Source of the DNA: Vitrella brassicaformis CCMP3155
Lineage: Eukaryota > Protista > Chromerida
Reading direction: 5' to 3'
Length of the DNA stretch: 64,000 nt
Assembly: GCA_001179505.1 (NCBI GenBank)
Contig: CDMY01000456.1
Coordinates: 309,129 to 373,128 of the forward strand
The notes under the pieces are model-generated. The model was not told the DNA's origin and searched no databases. It saw only the letters and a list, made by a program, of their open reading frames with translations. A program made the position numbers and the translations under genes. The first letter of the stretch is position 1; every line of letters begins with the position of its first letter. Below, piece after piece: positions 47,023-58,899 of this stretch.

Positions 47023-47928
47023 ATGATGGTGATGCGTCGTTTCGGCCTCGGAATCATCTTGGTGGTCGGCCTGGCCGCCACTGTGGAGCCGATGGTGGCA
47101 GCCCAGCCAAGGATGGCCGACGTAAGCAGAGGGGGGACACACACGCACCGAACCGACCATGCACCATGGCAGATCTGTCCATTCTTTGTGTTTTCGGTGC
47201 TCTTTTGTCCATATGGATGGCTGGATGGCTGATCTGTGGCTGCAGGGGTGTGGGTGGGCGAGGGAAGCTATGGTTCCGACTGCGAGGGGAAGGACTGCAA
47301 TGCCGACACATACGGTGGGCGGACCTCTCTATCTGTGAGATCTATGGACGTGTGTGGTCGTTCGTTCGACTTGTCCGTCTGCTGTGTGCAGGTGCGTCGT
47401 TTGTGGGCCGTGGTGAGGAGATCCACGCCGCTACGGACACCGCCATGGCCGCCAACAAACACGGTGCGTCCACCTGCACCTATCTGTACACATGGCACCC
47501 TCTCTCTGTGTGTGCAGGTGCTGTGTTGGGTGCTGGTGAGCTGTCGATGCTGCAGCAGCAGATCCAGAATGGTAGGGCCCTCCACCAGTCCGCCATGAGC
47601 CTCAACGCCCAGGCCCACAAACTCACCGCTGCGGCCCATGAGCTGATAGCCGATAGCCTCAGAACGATGGCCAACGAGCTGTCCGTCGTGGCCATCAACG
47701 CCGAGCGCACCACCATGACGATGGTCGACGACCAAAACACCGGTAGGTACGCCTGGCTGCCTTCGCGCGCATCCAGTACTCACCTCATGAATCCGTCGTG
47801 CAGGGTATTATTACTGCAGTGACAGCCCGAATGCCTCCATGTGCAAGATTTCTTCCAATGTGGGCAAGACGTGTGGGAGAAGCGAGTCCGGACGGTGCTT
47901 CTGCTACATGGGCATGTGCACGGGGTGA
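47023..47928 (+). CDS. Small secreted protein with a helical Ala/Gln region and a C-terminal Cys-rich module; first splice junction unresolved
   Basis: Signal-like MMVMRRFGLGIILVVGLAATV. A chain of phase-1 exons ends GYYYCSDSPNASMCKISSNVGKTCGRSESGRCFCYMGMCTG*. Exon 1 ends in phase 0, which does not match. Confidence 0.5.
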
Positions 47929-48566
47929 CAAGGGGTATGGGATGGATGGCACAGGTGCACAAGTAGACGCGCTGTTGCCGATACACGCACACAACACATA
48001 CAGGCACACACGCGCGCCATGATAGTGCATGCAGGCTGGCTGGCTGGCTGTGTGGCTGTCTGTCTGTCTGTCTGTCTGTCTTTCTGTCTGGTTGGGTGCG
48101 ATTGCATGGCATGGCATGGCTGGATTACTTTAATGGACACCGTGTGTGTGTATTGGGTTGACGATACATTTCTTTCCCACTCACCTGACCTCACCTTCTT
48201 AGTCAAGCGCTCCACACGACGGATCATCTCAGTAAGTCAAGAAACTCATCAACGTATCTACCTACAGGTACATGCCATGCCGACAGAGAGAAGGTCGCAT
48301 CCATCCCATCCACTGAATGCCCCGCCCCCAACACGCATGGCATGACGCATAGTAGGGCGTCGCCCGCCTGCCCGCTAGTGCCCAAGTCAAAAACTCCCCG
48401 CCCCCTCCCCTCACACACACAGAGCACACAGCACCAGTGCAACAGGACGGAAGTGCTGACCCCTTGAACCGATCTTTACACCTGCACTCGTCTAGTCCAT
48501 CCACAGCCAGCCAGCCAGCCAGCCACCCAGCCAGACAGACAGACAGACAGACAGACGGACAGCCGT

Positions 48567-50764
48567 CTACCACTTGAGTGCCGACTGTGTGACGAGGCCC
48601 AGCGACTCGGCCTCGTCCTTGAGGCTCCGATAAAAGGTGTGGAACAGCCTCTCCTGCGCCTCGGCCACAAAATCCCCACCCCGCCTCTCCACGGCCGCCT
48701 TCTCCCTCAACAGCGCATACACCCGCCACGCTCCCACATTCCGCCTGGGCGGCACACATGCCGTGTCGTCACTCTGGTGCAGCAGGGCCTCCAACTCCTC
48801 CAGCCGGTGTTTCATGTCGCTCACGGCCGGGGGCTTCTTGGCTGCCGACTCTGCGTCTGCATGTGCATCGGCTGACGATGAGGGGACGGGGTGGTCTGCG
48901 AGGGTGGAGGTGATCTGGCCGCCGCCGTTGAGGCAGCCGCCCGGGCACGCCATGATCTCCACAAAATGCAGCTCACTGCTGCTGCTTGTGGCGGTGGTGG
49001 TGGTGTTGTTGGCGGCTTCTGCCTGCTGTCTGACGCGGCGGATGACGTTCTGGATGTTGCGGAAGCCGTAGGCCATCGCGAAACGAAGCTTGACGGCACC
49101 GTCGACTTCCAGCGTCACCTCCTGCCATGCCATCAGACAGCCCAACCCACTCGTCCAGTCCCTGCATTCGCGTGTGGTGTGTCCTTCACTGTCTGTCTGT
49201 CACTCATGTTTGTGCTCACCTTGATGTCTTTATTCCTCCCCGGCTTGAGCTGCAGCGGTCCCTCCACCGTCACCCCGAACAGCTCCCGCGCCGCATGCCG
49301 AAACACGGTCTCAACATAGCCCCCCGACCCCCCATTGCTGCCCACAGGCACAGACAGATGGTGCTCTTGATGCTGCTGCTGCTGCTGCTGTCCCGAGCCA
49401 GCCGACGAGGCCGTCGGCGACGTCTGCGCGTCCTCCTCGGAGCACGCTCTGTCCTCACTGGGCGGTGTCGGGCAGATGGACGTGATGATGGACGTCAGGG
49501 AGTCGACGGGCGACGGGGGGAGGGAGGGGAAGTCGACACCCAGCTCGTTGACCAGGTCGAGTATCTCCGTCGTGGCCAGCACCGTGTCCACCGAGCCAGG
49601 CGACTCACCTGTCTGGCTGGTGCTGGTGCTGCTGCCGGTGGGCGGGAGGGGTGGGGCGTCTGCTTGTGTGGCATCGACAAGGGGGTTGCCGCTGCTGGTG
49701 TGGTCGTACTTGAACTCCGGCCGGGACGCCTCCAGCTTCTTGTCGAAACACGGCATCACACTCACGTGATACACATCACCTCGAGAGGCCGGCTGGCCCT
49801 GTTGCTGTTGCTGTTGCTGCTGTTGCTGCTGCTGCTGCTGCTGTGTGAGCCTCGTTGGGGGTCGGGGGAAGGGGAGAGGGGTGGATGACCGCCACTGGCG
49901 GAGGAACTCCTGCCTGCTGTGGTGGAGGGGTATGAAGGTCTTGACGAGCTCGCCCTGGATCTGCTGGCTGGACCGCACTGTGCTGATGTGCGGCAGCACC
50001 TCCTTGTCCAGCACCTTCTCGGCGTAACAGATCCACCCGGGGCAGTGTGACGCCAACACGGGCAGCGCGGGATGCCCCTCAGCTTGGTAGCGGTCGACAA
50101 ACTCCTGCTGCGCCTCGATGAGGGTGATGGCCTCACTCACGGCCATGTCCACCACATACACGGGGCAGGGGGGCGATGGCGATGCCGATAATGGCTCGTC
50201 TTCTTGACTGGCCTTGGCTGTCGGCAGCCGAGCGAGCCGGAAGAGCGTGGCAAGTCTGCCCATGACGTCCCACGGCGACATGTGGAAGTAGGCGGCAAGT
50301 GAGGTCCTCGACTGAGGCGAGATGGAGACCACCATCATGCCGGCCGTGGCGGCCTTCCGCCTGACCTCCTCGATGCCCTGCTGCTGGATGAGCACCGCCT
50401 CTGCCGACGTGACGCAGCCGCTGCACGCGAGGCAGTCGTTGAGAGAGACCTCGGCCTTCTTCTCGGCCGTCTTCTTGATCAGGTTGGGGCGCTGCAGCTT
50501 CACCTCCATGGCCGCCTCCTTGCCTTCAGACGCATCGAGCTGCAGCTTGCCGCTCTTCTGCTGCTGCTGGTCCTTGGCCGCATCCAGGATGGGCTTGACG
50601 CACTCCTGAATACAGTCAGGAGCACAGAAAGGGACAAGACAGCACAAGCTGTGGGTGTGACGTGTCCTCGAGGCATCTGATGTGGCGTGTGTGTCTTGAT
50701 GTACCTGTGCGGGAGTGAGGAAATCATCCAGGTCGGCAAGCCGCACAGCATTCGAAAACGCCAT
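48567..50764 (-). CDS. NAR1: Cytosolic Fe-S assembly factor NAR1/NARFL (hydrogenase-like)
   Basis: [85 protein letters not shown] and terminal KW. Confidence 0.94.
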
Positions 50765-51005
50765 GATGCTCACGGGTCTTCGCTTCCTGTGTCCCCTCAA
50801 AGAGAGAGCAGTTTCACGAAACGTCCTAAAAGTGCGAGCCGAGGGAAGGAGTACGTCAGGGAAGGGAGAGAGGAAGAGGGAAGGGCTCAGACGATTCGGC
50901 CCACAGATCTGCCTATCGACGATTGATGCATCTTGCAAGCGAATGCCTTCATCTGGCGCAAGAGGCTCCCAGCTGACCGCTTCCTCACAGTAAGCCTCAC
51001 TCCTC

Positions 51006-51595
51006 ATGAGCAGACCTCCCCCCCAGGACCACCCGCCTCCCATCGACCCCGAGCGCCTGCGCACCTTCTTCGCACGAGCCTCCGTGGTGGCCCACCTGCT
51101 GCGGTCTCGGCTGGCGCTGCCCCTGCTGTACCCCCTCAACACGCAGTCGTTCGCCAACCAACCTGACAAGCACAACCCCATTGCGTCGGCGAGGTGGGAT
51201 GCCAAGACGGTGGCGCGGACGCTGAGCCACATGACGCCCGCCATCATCGGCATGTCGCGTATGGTGCATCTGCTGAAGGCTGGCCATGCGCTGGCGCACT
51301 ACAGGGGCGGGGTCAAGAGGCACATGTATGTCCTCAAGAAGAGGAAACCAGGACAACACAGGTAGGTAGGGTAATTAAAGAAACAAAGGAAGAACAGGCG
51401 GAGAGACGGGCAGGGAGGGACAGCATTTGGTGTCGTGTCATCTGTTGATCGGTGTTTGCCTTGCTGCGTGTGTGGGTGTGTGTGGTTGGTTGTATCAGGC
51501 TTCACTTTGTCCGTCCCCACGTGTGGAATTATCTGAAGCCGGGCGACGAGCATCGGACCAAGCACCTCAAGTGGAGATACGGAGAGCCGCAGTAA
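51006..51595 (+). CDS. Small basic hypothetical protein (~150 aa), 2 exons
   Basis: The 119-aa ORF splices in phase 2 to RLHFVRPHVWNYLKPGDEHRTKHLKWRYGEPQ*. Confidence 0.65.
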
Positions 51596-51670
51596 GTGAC
51601 GACACGATCCAATCGATGAGCAGCAGCCCCTGGAATCGATTGTAAGAGGGCGTTCGGTGTTGTGCTGCCG

Positions 51671-51706
<36 letters not shown>

Positions 51707-52162
51707 GATGCTGCCATTCTGAGAGCAGACGCGAGAAGCTGGTTTTTCGGTCTGATTTGCCAGCCCCATGTGTGATGTGACAAAAGGGGACGTAGAGCAG
51801 GGTGGGTGCGTGCATGTGCGCACGTGTTGGTCATCTTCCCTGATGGGTGGGTTGAGGTGGGGATCTTCTCATGCGTCGTGTCCTGGGTCTTCAGAAGACG
51901 CATGGAGGTGCCATATACCATAATGCGTCTTTGATACTCCAGCGTCGGACGCATGAGAAGGAGCTCGCCTATGAGTTGGGATGCATCAGACTCATGTGGA
52001 TCTGTACTCATGCGTCTCTACTGCGTCAGGCGCGATCCGCTGTGAACTGCAAGCTCGAAGTCTCCCACCCCCCACAGCCCCCACCAACTCTTTAAGTTCC
52101 CCGAAAGGCAGGAGAATCCAGAGCTGCCACCAGATCCAAAACAAAAACCACCTGCCGACCGG

Positions 52163-54675
52163 ATGTCGGTCGTAGAGAAGCTGAGCGAGCAGCTGACAGA
52201 CCTCCTCGAGGCCTTCTCGCCCTCACAGGAATTCGAGGAGTCCGAGAGTGAGGAGCCTGGGGCCGAGACCTCCACTACCCACATCCCGATTCGTCCAGCT
52301 GGCGGAGGGGAACCCCCAAGCATCTCCGATGATGTTATTGTGGCCCTCTGCCGGTTCCTCCCCTTGCTCGACTTCCTCCGGGCAGTCGCCGTGTCACGAA
52401 GGTTCTACCACCTCGGGCAGTCGCCGTGTCTCTGGCGATTGCTGGACCTGACGAGCATCAACACCTGCCCCAGGTGCCTGATCCGCTTCATGAAGACCCA
52501 CCCCCTGGTGAAGGAGCTGGTTGCGCCATTCAACGGGGAGCAGTGTGGCCCGATGAAGATGCTGTGGAAGGCAGCGCCGCAGCTGACGCGGCTTGACCTG
52601 TCGTTTCTGTCGTGCCTCAACGACGCGAGCCTCCAGTCCATTGGGCGGCACCTCAAGAACCTAGAGGATCTGGTGCGCTGGGGCGGGGGGAGAGAGAGAC
52701 AGGGAGTGCATTCATTACGTGTGCCGCTCACGGCCATGTGTGTGTGTGTTTGTGTGTGTGTTCAGTGCCTGGAGGGGTGTGAGAGGATAACCGACAGGGG
52801 CATCAAGGAGCTGGTGGATCTGCCGCTTAAGCGGCTGAATCTCGCGCATGCCGAGATGGTGCTGGGGTCGTGTCTGCATCGGTTTGAGCACTTGGAAGAG
52901 CTGAACGTCGATGGCTGCTTCCACCTGCCGCCACACCAGATTGTAGAGGTGGGCGAGACCATACTCTCAGACGCGTGGAGACCTCCCTCTCTCTCTTTCT
53001 CTCTCTCTGGTGGTCATCAGATCGCTCTCAACCGCGGCCATGGACTCAAGTCTCTGCAGATAGACGGGGAGGGCATCAACGGCCCCACGGGGACCGTGCT
53101 GCTGTCGTGTCTCGACCTCCACACCTTCTCCGTCTCGTTTGCACAAGAGCTCTTTCCCCCGTTTGTGCGGCCATCGGAGGCCGTCAAGAACAGGGGCAGC
53201 GACGCCGCCGGCGAACTGGCCAGGATGAAGGACCTCACGTGTCTGCGGGTCAGGAAGGGGTCAAACCTGAGCGACGATGACGTCAGAAGGATCTTTGGTG
53301 TTCCGCGGCCCAGTCTGCATGAGCTTGTGCTGGCTGAGTGTCACCAGCTGTATGACGGCAGCCCGATCGCTCTCTCGTGCAGAGGTCGGCAAGGAGGCAG
53401 GGAGGGAGGGGAGACATGTGTCTGACGGTGCGTGTGGTTGATGTGATGTGACTGACTTGCAGGTCTGGTTGTGTTGGATCTGTCGTGGTGCTGGCATTTG
53501 TCGAATGAAGATGTGTTCAACATCGCACAGGCGAACCCGAAGCTGCAGACGGTCACCCTGACGGGCCTCAAGTACCTCAACGACAGCGGCCTCCTTGGCC
53601 TGCCCCTCTTCTGCCCTCAGCTCACACGCCTGGACCTCACCCAATGCGACCAAGGTGAGATGACAATGGACAATGCAGGTACAACATGCGCACATGTCTC
53701 CCTCCTCCCCTGGGGCTGCGGGTCATTCATTCAGTGCCCGATGCGTTCATTGCCTTACTGAGCATCCTGTACAATGACGCGACTCTGCGGATCATCCCGC
53801 AGCCCATCCACGCCCCAATGCCAACCGCCCTGCCGCCTCGTGTGGCCACCACCACCACCAGCTGCAGTGGGAAAGAAGGAGTGGCTGGGTTGGATGAGCA
53901 GCCGAGTGGTCCAGGCGGCCGCACAAGGGGGTGGCGTGTGGCCACCTCCAACGACCCCGGAACGCTGCAGTACCTCAAGTGAGCGTGATCGTTGTCGGTG
54001 TCCATGTCTCTCTCTCGTTCTTTCTCTTTCTCTCTCTGTCAGAGAGGTGTTGCCCAAGCTCGACGCCCTCCAGCAGCACAGCCCCACCACACAAGTGGCC
54101 TTCCCGCAACCGTCGTGTGCATGCGCGTCGATGGATGAACCATTGTCGTCATCATCATCCGCCAGTGCCAGTGCCCCTCGATCGGTGGTTCCGCATGGGT
54201 GGGCGGGTTTGGCTGGCGGCGCACCGCCACTGCCGCCGCTGTGCACCCTGGCGCCGTTTGTGCGGGAGCACCTGATGGAGATCCAGACACCACAGCCACA
54301 GCAACATGACAAGGGGGAGGGGGGAGGGGCGGAGTCGACGAACAACGACGAGACATCTGCTGCTGGTGACGGTGACAATGACAAGGACAATGGAAATGAC
54401 AATAAGGAGGGTGGGGAGGCCACCCCCGACAATGAAAGCTCATTCCTCTCCATCTGTGAGAGAATTGCCACGTAAGTCAAGTCCGCAGTGCCCCCATGCC
54501 CATCCCGCCCATCCTGTGATGGGCGGCTGTCTGATGCAGGTCGGTGTATCGGCGTCGGGCGTCGGCATTGCCGCGTCTGTTGATCAAGAACTTCTACAAC
54601 GAGGAGGAAGACGCATGGGTGATCGAGCCTCCCATCATCAGAAGGTGCTTGATGCGACTCGAACACATGGGGTAG
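52163..54675 (+). CDS. F-box / leucine-rich-repeat protein (FBXL-like)
   Basis: F-box ISDDVIVALCRFLPLLDFLRAVAVSRRFYHL...LWRLLDL; LRRs LDLSFLSCLNDASL, LEGCERITDRG, LDLSWCWHLSNE and LTGLKYLNDSG. Confidence 0.88.
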
Positions 54676-55529
54676 ACAAAAGGACAGACAGACAGACAGA
54701 CAGGGAGGGAGGGAGGGAGGCAGGCAGGGGGGGAGGGGCACACACAGGGGTTTGGGGCTGGGGTGCGCAAGTGGTTGGTGTGTGTGGCATTCCGTCAATA
54801 AGGCAGGAGGGCATGTATGTTGCGTATCACTATCAACACAGACAGACAGACAGACAGAGAGGTGGTGTACCATAGACAGACAGACAGACAGACACCAGGA
54901 AGGTTTGGGTTGTTTTGCCAGAGGTAGCTCACATACACAGCAGCATACATACATTTGCCTCGATCGTCGGTCGGCATAGGTTAGGTATTTTTCCCCTGGT
55001 CTGGTCTGGTCTGGTGGGTGGGCCTCGTTGTTCTTGCCACAACAAAGGACACAGGTTGCGTTGCGTTGAGTTTCTCGCTTTGACGCTCATGGATGCGGAG
55101 ATTAAGAAACAAGGGAAACTTGTCTGTCTGTCTTATCGTCCAAGCCTCTGCACTGTCTGTCTATCAGAATCAGATACCCATCCTTGTGTGTTCCGAGCTG
55201 TGTGTGCCTCTCGCTAGCTTGCCACTCCGCTGAGGAAGGTGCCCGGCTGACAGCCAGTAAGTCGGCCGCGCAGACAGACAGCCCAGCAGCGTCGCACGCG
55301 ATCGACACACACACACACACACTGCCACACACAGCTGGCCACACCATACGCAAGGTAGAGTCAGCTCGCGACAAGACAAACGACCAAAGCACGCCTCATC
55401 TCGTCCCGCGGACACGCACAAGCAGCTTGTTAACCAGCCCCCATCCCATTCAGCCACCCACACCACACACCAGCCACCACCCTTCTAGTCATCATCTCTC
55501 ACACCCGTCGCACCCGTCGCCTTGTTCGT

Positions 55530-57136
55530 TCACTCCTTCTTCTGGGTCTTGATCTCCCCGTCAGCGCTTCGTTTCACCACCCCAGTGCCACTGCCAGCCG
55601 CTGTGCCCTCACCGGTGGCATCACCGGCCCCTGCTACTGCTGCTGCTGCTGGTGCATCTTGCATGATTGTGTCGTGTGCGGGTGCAGGTGGCTGCTCTTG
55701 CTCGGGGTTCTCGCCTCCCCCTGTCTGCTCGGGCGCCTGCTGCTCCTCTCCCTGCGCCTTGGTGTCTGCTGCAGGGGCTGGCTTGTTGGTGGTCTCCTCA
55801 GGCTTGTTCTCGTCTGGTTTGTCGCCCTCCTTCTTGTCGCTCTCTTGACCCTCTGCAGCCTTCTCCTCCTCTCCCTCTCCCTCGGCAGCCTCGCCCTCGT
55901 CTTCCTCCTCCTCCTTCTGCTCTTCCTGGGGCTCCTCATCCTCACCGCGCAAGACTCCATCCATGATCTGACAGACACACCCATGGCAGAACGGCAGGGC
56001 GGTGGGTGCGTGTGTGTGGGTGTGTCCACCCACCCTCTCGTATATGTCCTGGTCCTTGGCGAGGAAGGTGCAGAACACAACGCGATCGACACTCGCATAG
56101 TTGTCGGCATCGCTCAACCAGTCACGCACCGCGCCGAGTGCCACCTGTGTGTGGGGTGAGAACGAGCAATGGGTCAACGGAGGAATTCGCTTTTCCATGC
56201 ACCTGTGTGCCACGCCGTGCCATGTCCTGTACTGCTGACCCACCTTTGCCGCTCGAGCATTCGGATACCCAAAGATGCCCGTGCTGATGCAGCAAAACAC
56301 TATGCTACGCAGACCATTCTCCTGATACATCCACACACACACACACACACACAGCCATTCAAGAAGCTGTCCGCCACACTTTGTCCCGTGTGTGTGTGCG
56401 TGACACCTTGAGAATGTTGAGGGATGTCGTGTAGCAGCTCCGCAACAAGGCGGGCTTCTCGCCTGCAGCCATTCATGACAGCAAACGAGTTTCAGACTCC
56501 CCTGATGCGTACGTCATGCTCTCACTGACCGATAGGCCCGACGGCGTGGATAATGTGCGTGGCGGGCAGTCTGAAGCCCGGTGAGATCTTGGCGCTGCCG
56601 GTGTCGCAGCCGCCCAGTGTCCTGCAGTAGCGACGGAGCTCATCGCCGGCCTTGTCGTGGATGGCCCCGTCCACACCGCCACCGCCCAGCAGACTCCTGC
56701 CATGCACGACACGATCGCATAAGTGGGGCGCGGGCAGCTGGCTTTCTCGTGTTGTGTGATGTGCCCCTCTCCCTCCCTCCCTCCCCTACTGGTTTGCGGC
56801 GTTGACGATGGCATCGCACTTGAGGCTTGTGATGTCACCCTGATACAGACTCACTTTGCGCAGCGGGCTGTTCTCGGGGTCGGTATCGGTCGCACGCGTG
56901 GGGAAGTCCAGCACATCGACCGCCCGCCGCCGAGCCGCGCTACCCGACTGACGGCTGCCACCGAACAAGAAACCTGCAGTCAGTCAATAGGAATACACAA
57001 ACATCATGACGTGTCTGAGTGCCGGGATAGTATGCGGCCGACCTGCCATGACGAGAAAGGATCCTGGAGCAGCTTGCTTGACGCGATGGCAGCTGACGAC
57101 GGCGAATTTCGAAGGCTGCAGGAAGCGGTGGAGCAT
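55530..57136 (-). CDS. Macrodomain protein (MacroD1/2-like ADP-ribose hydrolase) with acidic tail and possible transit peptide
   Basis: [49 protein letters not shown] and VVFCTF. ATG at 57136 (alternatively 57049). Confidence 0.92.
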
Positions 57137-57343
57137 GCGACACGGGACAGTCAGCCACTGATGAAAGACATGCACATACGAGATGAAAGATGGACGTCGG
57201 TTGTGTGTGAAACCAAAGCAATAAATGCGTGGCTAAGCCTCACCTGACCTGAGCAGAGATCTCTTTCCGCACTTGGTACTTTGATCAGACAGCTCGCAAG
57301 CTTAAGGTTTCTGTGAAACCGCTCTCTCCAAGGGAGAGCGACG

Positions 57344-58778
57344 ATGGATTTGAGGAGCTTTGACGTCCTCCGATGGCTCATGGCGTGTCTGTGTGTGCTG
57401 CCGTGGAGGTCGCTGGCAGCGAGGATGGCCGCCTTCCAATTATCAGTGCTATCACCGAGATCTCGCTCATTCAGGGTACAAAGGCAAACAAAGATCCATG
57501 TTGGCACAGTTGGTTGACTCATTGTCGGCTTTGCTTTCCAATCTGCAGCATCAGCAGCTGCCTTGTCATCGTCGGCTGCGCTCCCTCTCCCTCTTGCACT
57601 CCACTTCTGTCGTGCAGGGCATCACACCGGGCGACGCTGAGCCTCAGGGGCCACCGGACAGCTCGACAGCGACGACGCAGCAGCCATCCCCTGATGAGGG
57701 CCAAGGGGAGGGGGAGGAGAGTGTGGTGACGGGGTTCACCATCTATGACGCCGTGCAGTCACTGCAGCAGGTGGCCGACCCGCTCTGTCAGGACAGGGAA
57801 GCGTCCATCAAGGAGACCGAGGAGGCTATCGGGGCAATAGAGCACGTCCTCAAGGAGGCCAGGGTCGGTGGGTAGGGTGAGAGAGAAAGCCAGGGAGGGG
57901 AGAAAGAGAGTATCGATGTGCTCCCGTGGTTTCGTTGTGATGATTGATGTCATTGCAGGAGAGCGCGCAAGCCCGTGAGAGGCTCGAGAAAGTAGCGGAA
58001 GATCTAAAGGCGCTCGAGAAGGCCACGACGGAGGCGCAGGCCATCGTTAACTGCAACAAAATGGAGCTGACTGTGGTCAAGCTGGTCGCCGGAGCCCTCA
58101 CCAATCTGCGGGAAATCCAAGACCGACTTGTCCCGATGGTCAACGATATCCACCAGACATATAACTTCGCTCACGACCTGTCGCAGTCGATTCGGCTGAC
58201 GATGCAGCAGCACCCGGCTTACGACGTGTCGGGGCGGGGCAGCTACCCCAGTGATAAATGGGATGAGGAGGCGCGTGTGTTCAATGAGACGGTGTTCAAT
58301 CTGTCGGACCATGTGGCGGCGAGCATGGCGACGGTGAGGGAGTGGGAACGCGACATTGCGGCGGTGCGGGGGACGATGCGTGAGACGCACGAGGCGCTGA
58401 CCATCGCATGGAGGGAGGTGATGGAGATCGGGCAGGCGTTGAAGAAAATCGGTGACCTGTTCGCCGTGCAGATCAACGACCCTGAAGACTCCGTCATACC
58501 AGGTCAGTGGCCATCGACGCAACAGGACATGCCGTCCAAATGACCCCTATTCTCGCTCTGCGTTTGTCCATATGCCTGCAGGGATGATTGACATGTACGA
58601 CGCCTTCGCGAACAGTTTTCAGGATTTGCTTGGCAGCACACGGGAGCTGGTGGAGGGAGTGGAGGGACAGGTGACGCCGGCGCGGCAAGTGCTGGAGGGG
58701 GGGAAGATAGACACGACAGTGTTGGAGTCATTTAACAGGCCGCTCAATGTCGTCATGGGGGCTGCTACAAGTGAGTGA
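57344..58778 (+). CDS. Coiled-coil/helical hypothetical protein with a putative bipartite plastid-targeting leader
   Basis: MDLRSFDVLRWLMACLCVLPWRSLAARMAAF-QLSVLSPRSRSFR splices in phase 0 to HQQLPCHRRLRSLSLL; the later exons are heptad-rich. Confidence 0.6.
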
Positions 58779-58899
58779 CAGTGATGCATGGTGTGTGAGT
58801 GTGTGTGATGGTGTTCATACTCACAGACCCACCCATGGATGAAAGATGCATCAATCCATCCATCGCCATGCAGAACAAACGTCTGGTCTGTACTGTCAA

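Noticed and set aside
48567-50764. [FeFe]-hydrogenase near PNO (anaerobic H2 pathway)
   Set aside because: The N-terminal LxDLDDF..P.Q.C.KP motif, CLACSGC and the terminal KW identify NAR1/NARFL, which is not a hydrogenase.
49133-51253. 706-aa single ORF as an intronless N-extended protein
   Set aside because: NAR1 begins at MAFSNAV (50764) and contains a frame-preserving intron; the upstream part is antisense to the 51006 gene.
57086-57362. Separate + strand [20 protein letters not shown]...
   Set aside because: It overlaps the likely first exon of the macrodomain gene and the divergent promoter carrying the AGCTCGCA motif; there is no convincing splice support.
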